64,000 nt of DNA from Actinomycetota bacterium (GTDB lineage Bacteria > Actinomycetota > Acidimicrobiia > Acidimicrobiales > CAIXPF01), in the NCBI GenBank assembly GCA_016870475.1, contig VGBO01000004.1:4144-68143 (forward strand). The letters run 5' to 3'. Positions within the stretch are counted from its first letter, which is position 1. Every line of letters starts with the position of its first letter. A program made the position numbers and the translations under genes. Positions 54,569 through 62,995 of the stretch are shown one piece after another. The notes beneath the pieces were generated by a model. It saw only the letters and a program-made list of their open reading frames with translations, ran no database searches and had not been told where the DNA came from.

Positions 54569-55225
54569 ATGGCGCTGTTCGGATCCTCGAAGTTGCACCT
54601 CCCCACGGCGGAGGAGGCCCTGCCCGGTCGCACCGATTCCATGGCCGTGCCGTCGGCCCACCACGTGAACGGTCACCCGCTCGTCGGCCCGTGGGCCGCC
54701 GAGCTCGAGGTCGCGTACGTCGGCATGGGCTGCTTCTGGGGTGCGGAACGGATCTTCTGGAAGTCCGACGGGGTGGTCACCACGGCGGTCGGCTACCAGG
54801 GTGGCCACACGCCGAACCCGACGTATGAGGAGGTGTGCTCCGGTCGCACGGCACACACCGAGGCGGTGCTCGTCGTGTTCGACACGAATCGGACCACCTA
54901 CGAGCGGGTGCTCGCCACGTTCTGGGAGAACCACGACCCGACCCAGGGCATGCGGCAGGGCAACGACGTGGGGACCCAGTACCGCTCGGCCGTCTACACG
55001 ACCTCCGAGACGCAGGCCGAGATCGCCCGGGCGACCCGGGCCACCTACCAGGAGCGTCTGCGGGCGGCCGGGTACGGCGAGATCACGACCGAGATCGCAC
55101 CGGCCGGCCCGTTCTTCTACGCGGAGGCCTACCACCAGCAGTACCTCGCCAAGGTGCCGAACGGGTACTGCGGCATTGGCGGCACGGGCGTGACCTGCCC
55201 GGTGGGGCTGGTCGGCCGCAGCTGA
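54569..55225 (+). CDS. msrA: peptide-methionine (S)-S-oxide reductase
   Basis: GMGCFWGAE (Cys form), [45 protein letters not shown]. Confidence 0.93.
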   Translation: MALFGSSKLHLPTAEEALPGRTDSMAVPSAHHVNGHPLVGPWAAELEVAYVGMGCFWGAERIFWKSDGVVTTAVGYQGGHTPNPTYEEVCSGRTAHTEAVLVVFDTNRTTYERVLATFWENHDPTQGMRQGNDVGTQYRSAVYTTSETQAEIARATRATYQERLRAAGYGEITTEIAPAGPFFYAEAYHQQYLAKVPNGYCGIGGTGVTCPVGLVGRS

Positions 55226-55277
55226 CGCCGGCCCCGGGCGCGCCGGGTCGCCTTGGGGGGCCGTCGGGTCGCGCCGG

Positions 55278-55283
55278 TACGCT
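55278..55283 (+). promoter_or_regulatory. -10-like TACGCT, 9 nt upstream of the ileS ATG
   Basis: Read directly: TACGCT gggcgggcc ATG. Confidence 0.35.
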
Positions 55284-55292
55284 GGGCGGGCC

Positions 55293-58200
55293 ATGGACAC
55301 GCCCGACCGCCCCGATCAGCCGTACCCGAACGTGCCCGTACGGGCCGACTACCCGGCGATCGAGCGTCGGATCCTCGACCGGTGGCGGGCCGACGGGACG
55401 TTCGCCCGATCGGTGCAGGAGCGCCCTGCGGAGAGCTCCTACCTGTTCTTCGACGGCCCCCCGTTCGCGAACGGTCTCCCCCACTACGGGCACCTGCTCA
55501 CCGGGTACGTGAAGGACGTCGTGCCCCGCTACCGCACCATGTGCGGGCAGCGGGTCGAGCGTCGGTTCGGGTGGGACTGCCACGGGCTGCCGGCCGAGAT
55601 GGAGTCGGAGAAGGAGCTCGGGGTCTCCGGTCGCCGGAACATCACCGAGTACGGCATCGACCGGTTCAACGAACATTGCCGCACCTCCGTGCTCCGGTAC
55701 ACGAAGGAGTGGGAGGAGTACGTCACCCGGCAGGCGCGCTGGGTCGACTTCGACAACGACTACAAGACGATGGACCTCTCCTACATGGAGAGCGTCATGT
55801 GGGCGTTCAAGCAGCTCTGGGACAAGGGCCTCGTCTACGAGGCGTTCCGGGTGATGCCGTACTCGTGGGGGGCGGAGACGCCGCTGTCGAACTTCGAGAT
55901 CCGTCTCGACGACGCCACCCGGCCACGGCAGGACCCGGCGCTCACCGTGCTGTTCACGCTCGAACCCACGGCCGACGACCCGGGGCCGACGAAGATCCTC
56001 GCCTGGACGACGACCCCGTGGACGTTGCCGTCGAACCTGGCACTCGCCGTGGGGCCCGACCTCGATTACGCGGTGTACGAGGAGGACGGCGTCCGTTACG
56101 TGCTCGGCACCGCGACGGTGGCGAAGTACGAGAAGGAGCTCGCGGGCGCCACGCAGGTGGCGACGCTCCGCGGTGCCGACCTCGTCGGCCGCCGGTACGA
56201 GCCGTTGCTGCCGTTCTTCGCCGAGCGGACCGACGCCTTCCGGATCCTCGCCGGGGATTTCGTGGACACCGCCGAGGGCACCGGGGTCGTGCACATGGCC
56301 CCCGGGTTCGGTGAGGACGACCAGCGGGTGTGCGAGGCGAACGGCATCGGGGTCGTCGTCCCCGTCGACGACGAGGGGCGCTTCACCGACGAGGTGCCCG
56401 ACTTCGAGGGGCAGAACGTGTTCGACGCGAACGCGCTCGTCGCCCGCCGCCTCCGCGAGGAGGGCAAGCTCGTCCGCCAGGACAGCTACGTGCACAACTA
56501 CCCGCACTGCTGGCGGACCGACACGCCGATCATCTACCGGGCGCTGTCGTCGTGGTACGTGCGGGTCACCGACCTGCGCGACCGGCTCGTCGAGCTGAAC
56601 GAGCAGATCAACTGGATCCCCGGTCACGTCCGCGACGGCGCGTTCGGGAAGTGGCTCGAAGGGGCCCGCGACTGGTCGATCTCCCGGAACCGGTTCTGGG
56701 GTGCGCCGATCCCGGTGTGGCGGAGCGACGACCCCGCGTACCCCCGCATCGACGTGTACGGCTCGATCGCCGAGCTCGAGGCCGACTTCGGGGTGCCGGT
56801 CACCAGCCTGCACCGACCCTTCATCGACTCCCTCGTGCGGCCGAACCCCGACGACCCGACCGGTCGGTCGATGATGCGGCGGGTGCCCGAGGTGCTCGAC
56901 TGCTGGTTCGAGTCCGGGTCGATGCCGTTCGCGCAGAGCCACTACCCCTTCGAGAACCGCGAGTTCGTCGAGGAGCACACCGCCGACTTCATCGTGGAGT
57001 ACATCGCCCAGACGCGCGGGTGGTTCTACACGATGCACGTCCTGTCGGTCGCGCTGTTCGACCGGCCGGCGTTCAAGAACTGCATCTGTCACGGTGTGGT
57101 GCTCGACGAGGACGGCCGCAAGCTGTCCAAGCGCCTGCGCAACTATCCCGACCCCGAGGAGGTCTTCGAGACCATCGGGTCGGACGCGTTGCGCTGGTTC
57201 CTCGTGTCGTCGCCGATCCTGCGGGGTCTCGACCTGAAGATCGACCGTGACGGCTCCGGCATCGCCGAGGTCGTTCGGCTCGTGCTCAACCCGATCTGGA
57301 ACGCGTTCCACTTCTTCACGCTGTACGCGAACGTCGAGGGCCACGAGGCCGTCTGGCGGACCGACAGCACCCAGCTCCTCGACCGGTACGTGCTCGCGAA
57401 GACCGGGGAGCTCGTCCGTGACGTCACCGCCCGCATGGACGCCTACGACCTCGCCGGCGCGTGCGGCGAGGTCACGGCGTTCCTCGACGCGCTGAACAAC
57501 TGGTACATCCGGCGGAGCCGTGACCGGTTCTGGGGCACCGACGGCGTCGACCGTGACGCCTTCGACACGCTCTACACCGTGCTGCACACGGTCGTGCGCG
57601 TCGCCGCCCCGCTGCTGCCCTACCTCGCCGAGGAGGTCGCCACGGGCCTCGGTGCCACCGACAGCGTCCACCTCACCGACTGGCCGGACGCCGCCGCCTT
57701 CCCCGCCGACGCCGAGCTCGTCGCCCGGATGGACCGGGTGCGCGAGGTCTGCTCCGCCGCGTTGTCGCTGCGGGAGACCCGCGGGCTGCGGGTGCGCCTC
57801 CCGCTGCGGCGGCTCACCGTGGCCGGTGCGGGCGCCGCGGCGCTCGTCGACCACGCCGACCTCATCGCGGACGAGCTCAACGTGAAGGACGTCGCCTTCC
57901 TCGACGACGTCGCCACGTTCGGCACCTTCCAGCTCCGGCCGAACGGGCGGGTCCTCGGCCCGAAGCTCGGCGGTGACGTCCAGCGCGTCATCCGGGCGGC
58001 GAAGGAGGGGGCGTGGGAGGCGGCGGCCGACGGGACCGTCGTCGTCGCCGGGTACACCCTCGAGCCCGGTGAGTTCGACCTGGTCCTGCAGGCGCCCGAC
58101 GGCGCGGCGACGATGCCGCTGCGAGGCAACGACCTCGTCGTCGACCTCGACGTGACCGTCGACGACGAGTTGCGGGCCGAGGGCGTGGCCCGCGACCTCG

Positions 58201-58424
58201 TTCGTCTCGTGCAGCAGGCCCGTAAGGACGCCGACCTGCACGTGGCCGACCGCATCACCGTCGAGGTGTGCGCCCCGCCGGAGATCGCCGCCGCGGTCGA
58301 CGCCCATCGGCAGATGGTCGCCGAGGCGACGTTGGCCGTCGATCTGCGGATCGTCGACGTGCCGCAGCCGGTCACCGGAAGCGTCGAGGGCGCCGAGGTG
58401 TCGTTCTCGATCGTCCGCCGGTAG
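55293..58424 (+). CDS. ileS: isoleucine--tRNA ligase (type 2, actinobacterial/eukaryote-like)
   Basis: 1043-aa ORF with PPFANGLPHYGHLL (HIGH), GWDCHGLP, the WTTTPWTLPSN editing domain, and KLSKRLRN (KMSKS). Confidence 0.97.
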   Translation: MDTPDRPDQPYPNVPVRADYPAIERRILDRWRADGTFARSVQERPAESSYLFFDGPPFANGLPHYGHLLTGYVKDVVPRYRTMCGQRVERRFGWDCHGLPAEMESEKELGVSGRRNITEYGIDRFNEHCRTSVLRYTKEWEEYVTRQARWVDFDNDYKTMDLSYMESVMWAFKQLWDKGLVYEAFRVMPYSWGAETPLSNFEIRLDDATRPRQDPALTVLFTLEPTADDPGPTKILAWTTTPWTLPSNLALAVGPDLDYAVYEEDGVRYVLGTATVAKYEKELAGATQVATLRGADLVGRRYEPLLPFFAERTDAFRILAGDFVDTAEGTGVVHMAPGFGEDDQRVCEANGIGVVVPVDDEGRFTDEVPDFEGQNVFDANALVARRLREEGKLVRQDSYVHNYPHCWRTDTPIIYRALSSWYVRVTDLRDRLVELNEQINWIPGHVRDGAFGKWLEGARDWSISRNRFWGAPIPVWRSDDPAYPRIDVYGSIAELEADFGVPVTSLHRPFIDSLVRPNPDDPTGRSMMRRVPEVLDCWFESGSMPFAQSHYPFENREFVEEHTADFIVEYIAQTRGWFYTMHVLSVALFDRPAFKNCICHGVVLDEDGRKLSKRLRNYPDPEEVFETIGSDALRWFLVSSPILRGLDLKIDRDGSGIAEVVRLVLNPIWNAFHFFTLYANVEGHEAVWRTDSTQLLDRYVLAKTGELVRDVTARMDAYDLAGACGEVTAFLDALNNWYIRRSRDRFWGTDGVDRDAFDTLYTVLHTVVRVAAPLLPYLAEEVATGLGATDSVHLTDWPDAAAFPADAELVARMDRVREVCSAALSLRETRGLRVRLPLRRLTVAGAGAAALVDHADLIADELNVKDVAFLDDVATFGTFQLRPNGRVLGPKLGGDVQRVIRAAKEGAWEAAADGTVVVAGYTLEPGEFDLVLQAPDGAATMPLRGNDLVVDLDVTVDDELRAEGVARDLVRLVQQARKDADLHVADRITVEVCAPPEIAAAVDAHRQMVAEATLAVDLRIVDVPQPVTGSVEGAEVSFSIVRR

Positions 58425-58436
58425 GGCGGCGTCGGC

Positions 58437-59600
58437 TCAGCCGACCCGGCCGTAGGTCATCGGCTTGCGGGAGTACCACATCGTCTTCACCTGCACGACG
58501 TCCCCGATCTGGGGGGCATCGACGATCAGCTCGTTGCCGATGTACATCGAGACGTGGCTGACGGGCTCACCGTAGAACACGAGGTCACCCGGTTCGAGCT
58601 GCTCGAAGGAGATCGGGATCGCTTCGTCGCGCTGGTAGTCGGCGGGCCGGGGGATCCACACGCCGGCCTGTGCCCACGCCCAGTACATGAGCCCCGAGCA
58701 GTCGAAGCCACGGCTCGGGCTCGCGCCGCCGAACACGTAGGGGACGCCGAGTTGGGAGAGGGCGGCGTTCACCGCGACGCCTGCCTCGGGCCGCACGGCC
58801 GGGGTGAGGCCCGGCGGCACCGTCACCCGGGAGGAACCGCCATCGCTCACTCGGCCGGCCGCGGCCGCCGCCGCAGCGGCCTCCTCGGCCCGACGCCGCT
58901 CCTCGGCCTCGGCGAGCAGAGTGGCGAGCTCGCCCTTCGTGGCGTCGAGCGTGGCGACGATCGCGGCCTCGACCTCGGTGGCCTCGGCCTGTGCCGCCTC
59001 GAGACGGGCGAGCTGCTCGTCGGCGCGTGCCCGTGCGGCGTCGACCGTGCGGATGCGACCCTCGAGCGCCTGGCGGCTCGACCGCAGCCCTTCGAGGAGT
59101 TGGCGACGGTTCCCGGCGGCGTTCCCGAGGTAGCTCAGCCGTTGCCCGGCCTCGTTCGCGCGGCTCGAGAAGAGCCCCTCGACGTCGGCGAGGCTGCCAC
59201 CGCCGATGTATGCGGTGATCGCGTACTCGGCGAGCTCGGCGCTGCGCAGCTCGGCCTCCGCCCGGGTGGCCTCGAGCGCGGATTCGGCTGCGGCCTGCTC
59301 CGCGAGGGCGGCCTCACGGTCGGCGGTGGCCTGCAGGTACTCCTCGCCGAGCACGTCGAGGCGGTCGCGGGCCTCCTCGAGCTCGGCGGCGAGCCGGTTG
59401 GCCTCGGCCCGGAGCTCCTCGATGGTGCGGGCCCGGGCCGGTGCGGGGACGAGCGCGAGGAGGGTGAACGCGACGATCGTGACGACTGCGGTGCGCAGCG
59501 GTCGTCGCCGGGGGCGCACCGTCGAGGAGGTGCGATCGAGCCGAAGGGGCTGCCGCTCCGCGGCGCTGGCCGTCGTCATCGTGGACGAAAGGCTAGCCAC
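58437..59600 (-). CDS. NlpC/P60 (C40) peptidoglycan endopeptidase with N-terminal coiled-coil (RipA-like architecture)
   Basis: TM/signal segment, long Ala/Glu coiled-coil, then GVPYVFGGASPSRGFDCSGLMYWAW...HVSMYIG. The start is GTG 59600 or ATG 59579. Confidence 0.85.
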   Translation of the reverse strand: MASLSSTMTTASAAERQPLRLDRTSSTVRPRRRPLRTAVVTIVAFTLLALVPAPARARTIEELRAEANRLAAELEEARDRLDVLGEEYLQATADREAALAEQAAAESALEATRAEAELRSAELAEYAITAYIGGGSLADVEGLFSSRANEAGQRLSYLGNAAGNRRQLLEGLRSSRQALEGRIRTVDAARARADEQLARLEAAQAEATEVEAAIVATLDATKGELATLLAEAEERRRAEEAAAAAAAAGRVSDGGSSRVTVPPGLTPAVRPEAGVAVNAALSQLGVPYVFGGASPSRGFDCSGLMYWAWAQAGVWIPRPADYQRDEAIPISFEQLEPGDLVFYGEPVSHVSMYIGNELIVDAPQIGDVVQVKTMWYSRKPMTYGRVG

Positions 59601-59640
59601 CCACCGCCGCGATCACGACCGGGGCCTCCCCGGGGTGCTG

Positions 59641-59646
59641 CATACT
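59641..59646 (+). promoter_or_regulatory. -10-like CATACT, 6 nt upstream of the cobD ATG
   Basis: Read directly: CATACT gcggtc ATG. This is a weaker match (A2 and T6 only). Confidence 0.3.
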
Positions 59647-59652
59647 GCGGTC

Positions 59653-60597
59653 ATGGTGCAGGTGCTGCGGCGTCGGGCCGGAGGTGTCGCGCTCGGGCTC
59701 CTGTGGGACCGGCTCGTGCCCGAGCCGCCCGATGCGTTCCACCCGGTCGCGCGGTTCGGCTCGCTCATGGCGGAGCTCGAGCGCCGCCGCTACGCCGACC
59801 GGCGGAGCCGCGGCGTGGCGCACGCCGTCGCCGGCTTGGCGGTCGGTGCGGCGGCGGGCACCCTCGTGCCCACGGCGGTCGCGGTCGGGGTCGTCGCCGC
59901 CCCGCGGATGCTCGGGTCGACCGCCCGGGAGATCGGTGACCTGCTCGTCGCCGGTGATCTCGACGGGGCCCGGCAGGCGTTGCCGGGTCTCGTAGGTCGC
60001 GACCCCTCGACGCTGGATGAGGGGGGCATCGCCCGGGCCGTCGTGGAGTCGGTGGCGGAGAACGCGGTCGATGCGTTCGCGGCCCCGGTGTTCTGGGCGC
60101 TCGTCGGCGGTCGCGCCGCAGCGACGGCGCACCGGGCGGTGAACACCCTCGACGCGATGGTCGGACACCGCTCGGCGCGTTACGAGCGGTTCGGGTGGGC
60201 GTCGGCGCGGCTCGACGACGTCGCCGCCTGGGTGCCGGCCCGGCTCGTCGTGCTCGGTGTCGTCGTGCTGCGGCCGAGGCGGGCGGGGGCGATCCTCCGG
60301 GCGGTGCGGACCCAGGCGCCGGCACACCCCTCACCGAACGCTGGTGTCGCCGAGGCGGCGTTCGCGGCGGCGCTCGGGGTACGGCTCGGCGGGGAGCTCC
60401 GCTACGGCGATCGTGTCGAGGTGCGGCCGACGCTCGGCGAGGGCGACCCGCCGACGGCGGCGGACGTGGCCCGGGCGGTGCGGTTGCTCGACGAGCTCGT
60501 GCTCCTCACCGCGCTGTGCAGCGCGGGTGCGGCGTCGGTCGCCGCCGGCCGACGCCGCCGGCGGTCGCGGCGCGTCAGCGCAGCACGGCCTGGATGA
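59653..60597 (+). CDS. cobD: cobalamin biosynthesis protein CobD/CbiB (adenosylcobinamide-phosphate synthase)
   Basis: ATG 59653. Motifs present: HPVARFG, GRDPSTLDEGGIARAVVESVAENAVDA, NTLDAMVGH, HPSPNAGVAEAAFAAALGVRLGG. Confidence 0.85.
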   Translation: MVQVLRRRAGGVALGLLWDRLVPEPPDAFHPVARFGSLMAELERRRYADRRSRGVAHAVAGLAVGAAAGTLVPTAVAVGVVAAPRMLGSTAREIGDLLVAGDLDGARQALPGLVGRDPSTLDEGGIARAVVESVAENAVDAFAAPVFWALVGGRAAATAHRAVNTLDAMVGHRSARYERFGWASARLDDVAAWVPARLVVLGVVVLRPRRAGAILRAVRTQAPAHPSPNAGVAEAAFAAALGVRLGGELRYGDRVEVRPTLGEGDPPTAADVARAVRLLDELVLLTALCSAGAASVAAGRRRRRSRRVSAARPG

Positions 60598-61636
60598 CGG
60601 ACAGCTCGACCCGCCGACGACGACGGTCGACCTTGAGCACCTTCACCGAGACCGCGTCGCCCGGGGTCACGACCTCCTCCGGTCCGCTGATCCGGTACTC
60701 GGCGAGCTCGCTGACGTGGACGAGGCCCTCGACGTCGTCGCCGATGCGCACGAACGCGCCGAAGGGGGCGAGTCGGGTCACGATGCCGTCGAGTACGGCG
60801 CCCGGCTCGACGCCGCGGAACGGGTCGTCCTGCAGTGCCTTCATCGACAGGCTGACCTTGCGGTCGCCGCGGGCCTGCAGCACCTTCACCTCGACCTCGT
60901 CGCCGACGCGGACGACCTCGTCGGCGCGAGACACCCGCCGCCACGTGAGCTCGGACAGGTGGACGAGCCCGCGCACCCCGCCGACGTCGACGAACGCCCC
61001 GAACTCGGTGAGCAGCACGACCTTGCCACGGTGTACCTGACCGGGTTCGAGGGTTGCCGCGAAGGTGGCGGCCCGGGCGCGTTCGGCCTTGCGCAGCACG
61101 GCCCGACGTGACACGACGACCCGGTCGCGGGTGCGATCCGCCTCGGTGACGAGCACCTCGACGGTGCGACCCACCCATGCCTCGACGTCGTCGACCCGTT
61201 CGAGGTCGAGCTGCGACGCCGGCAGGAACCCCCGGACCCCGAGGTCGACGACGAGACCACCCTTGGTGCGGCCGGTGACGGTCACCTCGATCGGGGTCGC
61301 CGCAGCGAGCGCGACGTCGATCCGTTCCCATGCCCGTTGGCGCATCGCCCAGGTGCGGGAGAGCACGATCCGCCGCTGCGGGTCGTCGCGGAGCAACACC
61401 GCCGCCTCGATCCCGTCGCCCGCTGCGAGCAGGTCCGCCGGAGCGGTCCGCCCGCCGGTGGTGAGGTGGTCGCGCTGCACCACACCGACGAGTCCGCCGG
61501 GCAGCTCGACGACGACCTCGTTCGCGTCGACGGCGCGCACCGTCCCGGTGAGGATCTGCCCGCTGCGCAGGCCCGCCTCGGTGGCGGGGTCCGGGGTGGG
61601 GGGCGGTCCGGGGACGACGGGCGTCGGCTGGTCCAT
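60575..61636 (-). CDS. S1 RNA-binding domain protein (four S1 repeats; short RpsA-like paralogue)
   Basis: 353-aa ORF with repeated S1 motifs (GQILTGTVRAVD...; VTVTGRTKGGLVVDLG.VRGFLPASQ; GQVHRGKVVLLTEFGAFVDVGGVRGLVHLSEL; GAVLDGIVTRLAPFGAFVRIGDDVEGLVHVSEL). Confidence 0.8.
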   Translation of the reverse strand: MDQPTPVVPGPPPTPDPATEAGLRSGQILTGTVRAVDANEVVVELPGGLVGVVQRDHLTTGGRTAPADLLAAGDGIEAAVLLRDDPQRRIVLSRTWAMRQRAWERIDVALAAATPIEVTVTGRTKGGLVVDLGVRGFLPASQLDLERVDDVEAWVGRTVEVLVTEADRTRDRVVVSRRAVLRKAERARAATFAATLEPGQVHRGKVVLLTEFGAFVDVGGVRGLVHLSELTWRRVSRADEVVRVGDEVEVKVLQARGDRKVSLSMKALQDDPFRGVEPGAVLDGIVTRLAPFGAFVRIGDDVEGLVHVSELAEYRISGPEEVVTPGDAVSVKVLKVDRRRRRVELSVIQAVLR

Positions 61637-61644
61637 CGGGGGCG

Positions 61645-61650
61645 AGCCTA
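61645..61650 (-). promoter_or_regulatory. -10-like TAGGCT, 8 nt upstream of the S1-domain protein ATG (leaderless-type)
   Basis: Minus strand reads TAGGCT cgcccccg ATG. Confidence 0.4.
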
Positions 61651-61688
61651 CCGGCGACGGTGACGGCGGGTCGGCGAGAACTGCGCGG

Positions 61689-62333
61689 TCAGCGGTGCCA
61701 GTCGCTCACGGAGGTCGGCGTGTCGATCCCGGGGCGGAGGTTCGCCGCCGGTTCGGCGGTGCCGGCCGTGAGCCGCAGGGGCACGACACCCGCCCACGCC
61801 GTGGCGTCGAGGTCCTCGTCGTCGTCGGCGGGTCCGCCGCTGCGGACCTTCGCCGAGGCCTCGTCGAGCGCGACGGCGAGCACGGTGGTCTGGCGCATCT
61901 CGAGGTCGGTGTGGGGCCGGAGATCCGCCATGCGGCCGTCGAGGACGTGATCGACGAGGCGGTCGAGCGCGCGGCGCTTCTCGTCCTGGTCGACGACCTC
62001 ACGGGCGTCGCCGAACACGAGCACCGAGCGGTAGTTCATGGAGCTGTTGAACCCCGACCGGGCGAGCACGAGGCCGTCGAGCAGGGTGACGGTGACGCAG
62101 ACGGGCAGCGTCCGGGCCGTTCGCATGGCACGACTCGCCACCGACCCGTGGAGGTACACCGTGTCCCCGAGGCGGGCGTGGATCGTGGGGATCACGACCG
62201 GTCGACCGTCGTGGACGAACCCGAGGTGGGCGAGGAGTCCCTCGTCGAGGATCGCGTCGATCGTCGCGCGGTCGTGGCGCCCACGCTGCGGGTAGCGGTG
62301 CAGCGTCGTCCGGTCGGACATCGGCTCGGTCAT
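61689..62333 (-). CDS. pyridoxamine 5'-phosphate oxidase-family flavin-binding protein (Pyridox_ox_2-like)
   Basis: 214-aa ORF: RGRHDRATIDAILDEGLLAHLGFVHDGRPVVIPT...YLHGS. ATG 62333 overlaps the upstream stop (ATGA). Confidence 0.8.
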   Translation of the reverse strand: MTEPMSDRTTLHRYPQRGRHDRATIDAILDEGLLAHLGFVHDGRPVVIPTIHARLGDTVYLHGSVASRAMRTARTLPVCVTVTLLDGLVLARSGFNSSMNYRSVLVFGDAREVVDQDEKRRALDRLVDHVLDGRMADLRPHTDLEMRQTTVLAVALDEASAKVRSGGPADDDEDLDATAWAGVVPLRLTAGTAEPAANLRPGIDTPTSVSDWHR

Positions 62334-62995
62334 GCGGTTCCCTCACTCTCGGGGGTGGTTTCCCGCCGGGAAAGTACATGGTGCAGGGACTTCCGGTACT
62401 GCTCGAGGTCGAGGGCGCCGGGGAGCAGGTAGGTGCGGTCGATCACGACGGCGGGCACGCCGGTCACCTCCGACTGCACGGCGGTCGTGTGGTCCTCGAG
62501 CACGCGGCGGACGAGATCGTCCTCGTAGGTGTTCCATGCCGTGTCGTAGGCGTCGCCGTCGATGCCGGCCTCGATGGCGACCTCACGCAGCACCGAGCGA
62601 CGGGAGATCGTGCGGTGCTCGCCGAAGTACGCCTCGAACAGGCGCATGCGGAACGCCGCCCCGACGTCGGCGCCGAAGAGCTGTGCGACCTTCCCGCCGA
62701 TCGCGGACGGCACCGAGTGGCTCGGTGGCTCGTGCTCGCCCGACCACGGCACCCGGAACCGCGCCCCCGGTTCGAGGTCGGCCGGTCGAGCCCAGTTCGT
62801 CGTGTACTCGGTGAACCGGTCCATCGGGCGACCGCCCGGCTTCGCCTCCGGGCGGAGCAGGAACGACCGCCACACGACGGTGATCGCATCACCGAACTCG
62901 GCCTGGAGCTGTTCGAGACGCACGGCCCCGACGTAACACCAGGGTCAGAGGAAGTCGGAGAAGACGAGGAGTTCGAGCGGTCCGTCGGCGGTCAT
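62330..62995 (-). CDS. candidate DsbA/FrnE-like selenoprotein (U-P-W-C active site; track ORF extended through in-frame TGA 62945-62947)
   Basis: The track ORF 62330..62923 lacks the thioredoxin-fold N-terminus. Extending the same frame upstream gives ATG 62995: MTADGPLELLVFSDFL-U-PWCYVGAVRLEQLQAEFGD... This is the FrnE-type SD..CPWCY motif with TGA at the first Cys. ATG 62995 overlaps the NUDIX stop (ATGA). Confidence 0.7.
62945..62947 (-). other. in-frame UGA, candidate selenocysteine codon (U of UPWC)
   Basis: Minus-strand codons read TTC CTC TGA CCC TGG TGT TAC. A small hairpin lies directly downstream (CCCUGG-UGUUACG-UCGGGG, 62944-62926). Confidence 0.6.

Noticed and set aside
55140-55292. 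Possible T-box leader upstream of ileS, as known for some actinobacterial ileS genes
   Set aside because: The intergenic gap is only 67 nt. I could not find the conserved T-box sequence (GGGUGGUACCGCG-like); only a weak CGGTACGC is present. A -10-like hexamer 9 nt from the ATG suggests a near-leaderless transcript.
55083-58307. 1074-aa minus-strand ORF antisense to ileS, and similar long antisense ORFs at 27256..28086, 28399..30153, 32034..34700, 36352..38226 and 46321..48642
   Set aside because: All are antisense to genes with unambiguous family signatures. All show shadow-ORF composition.
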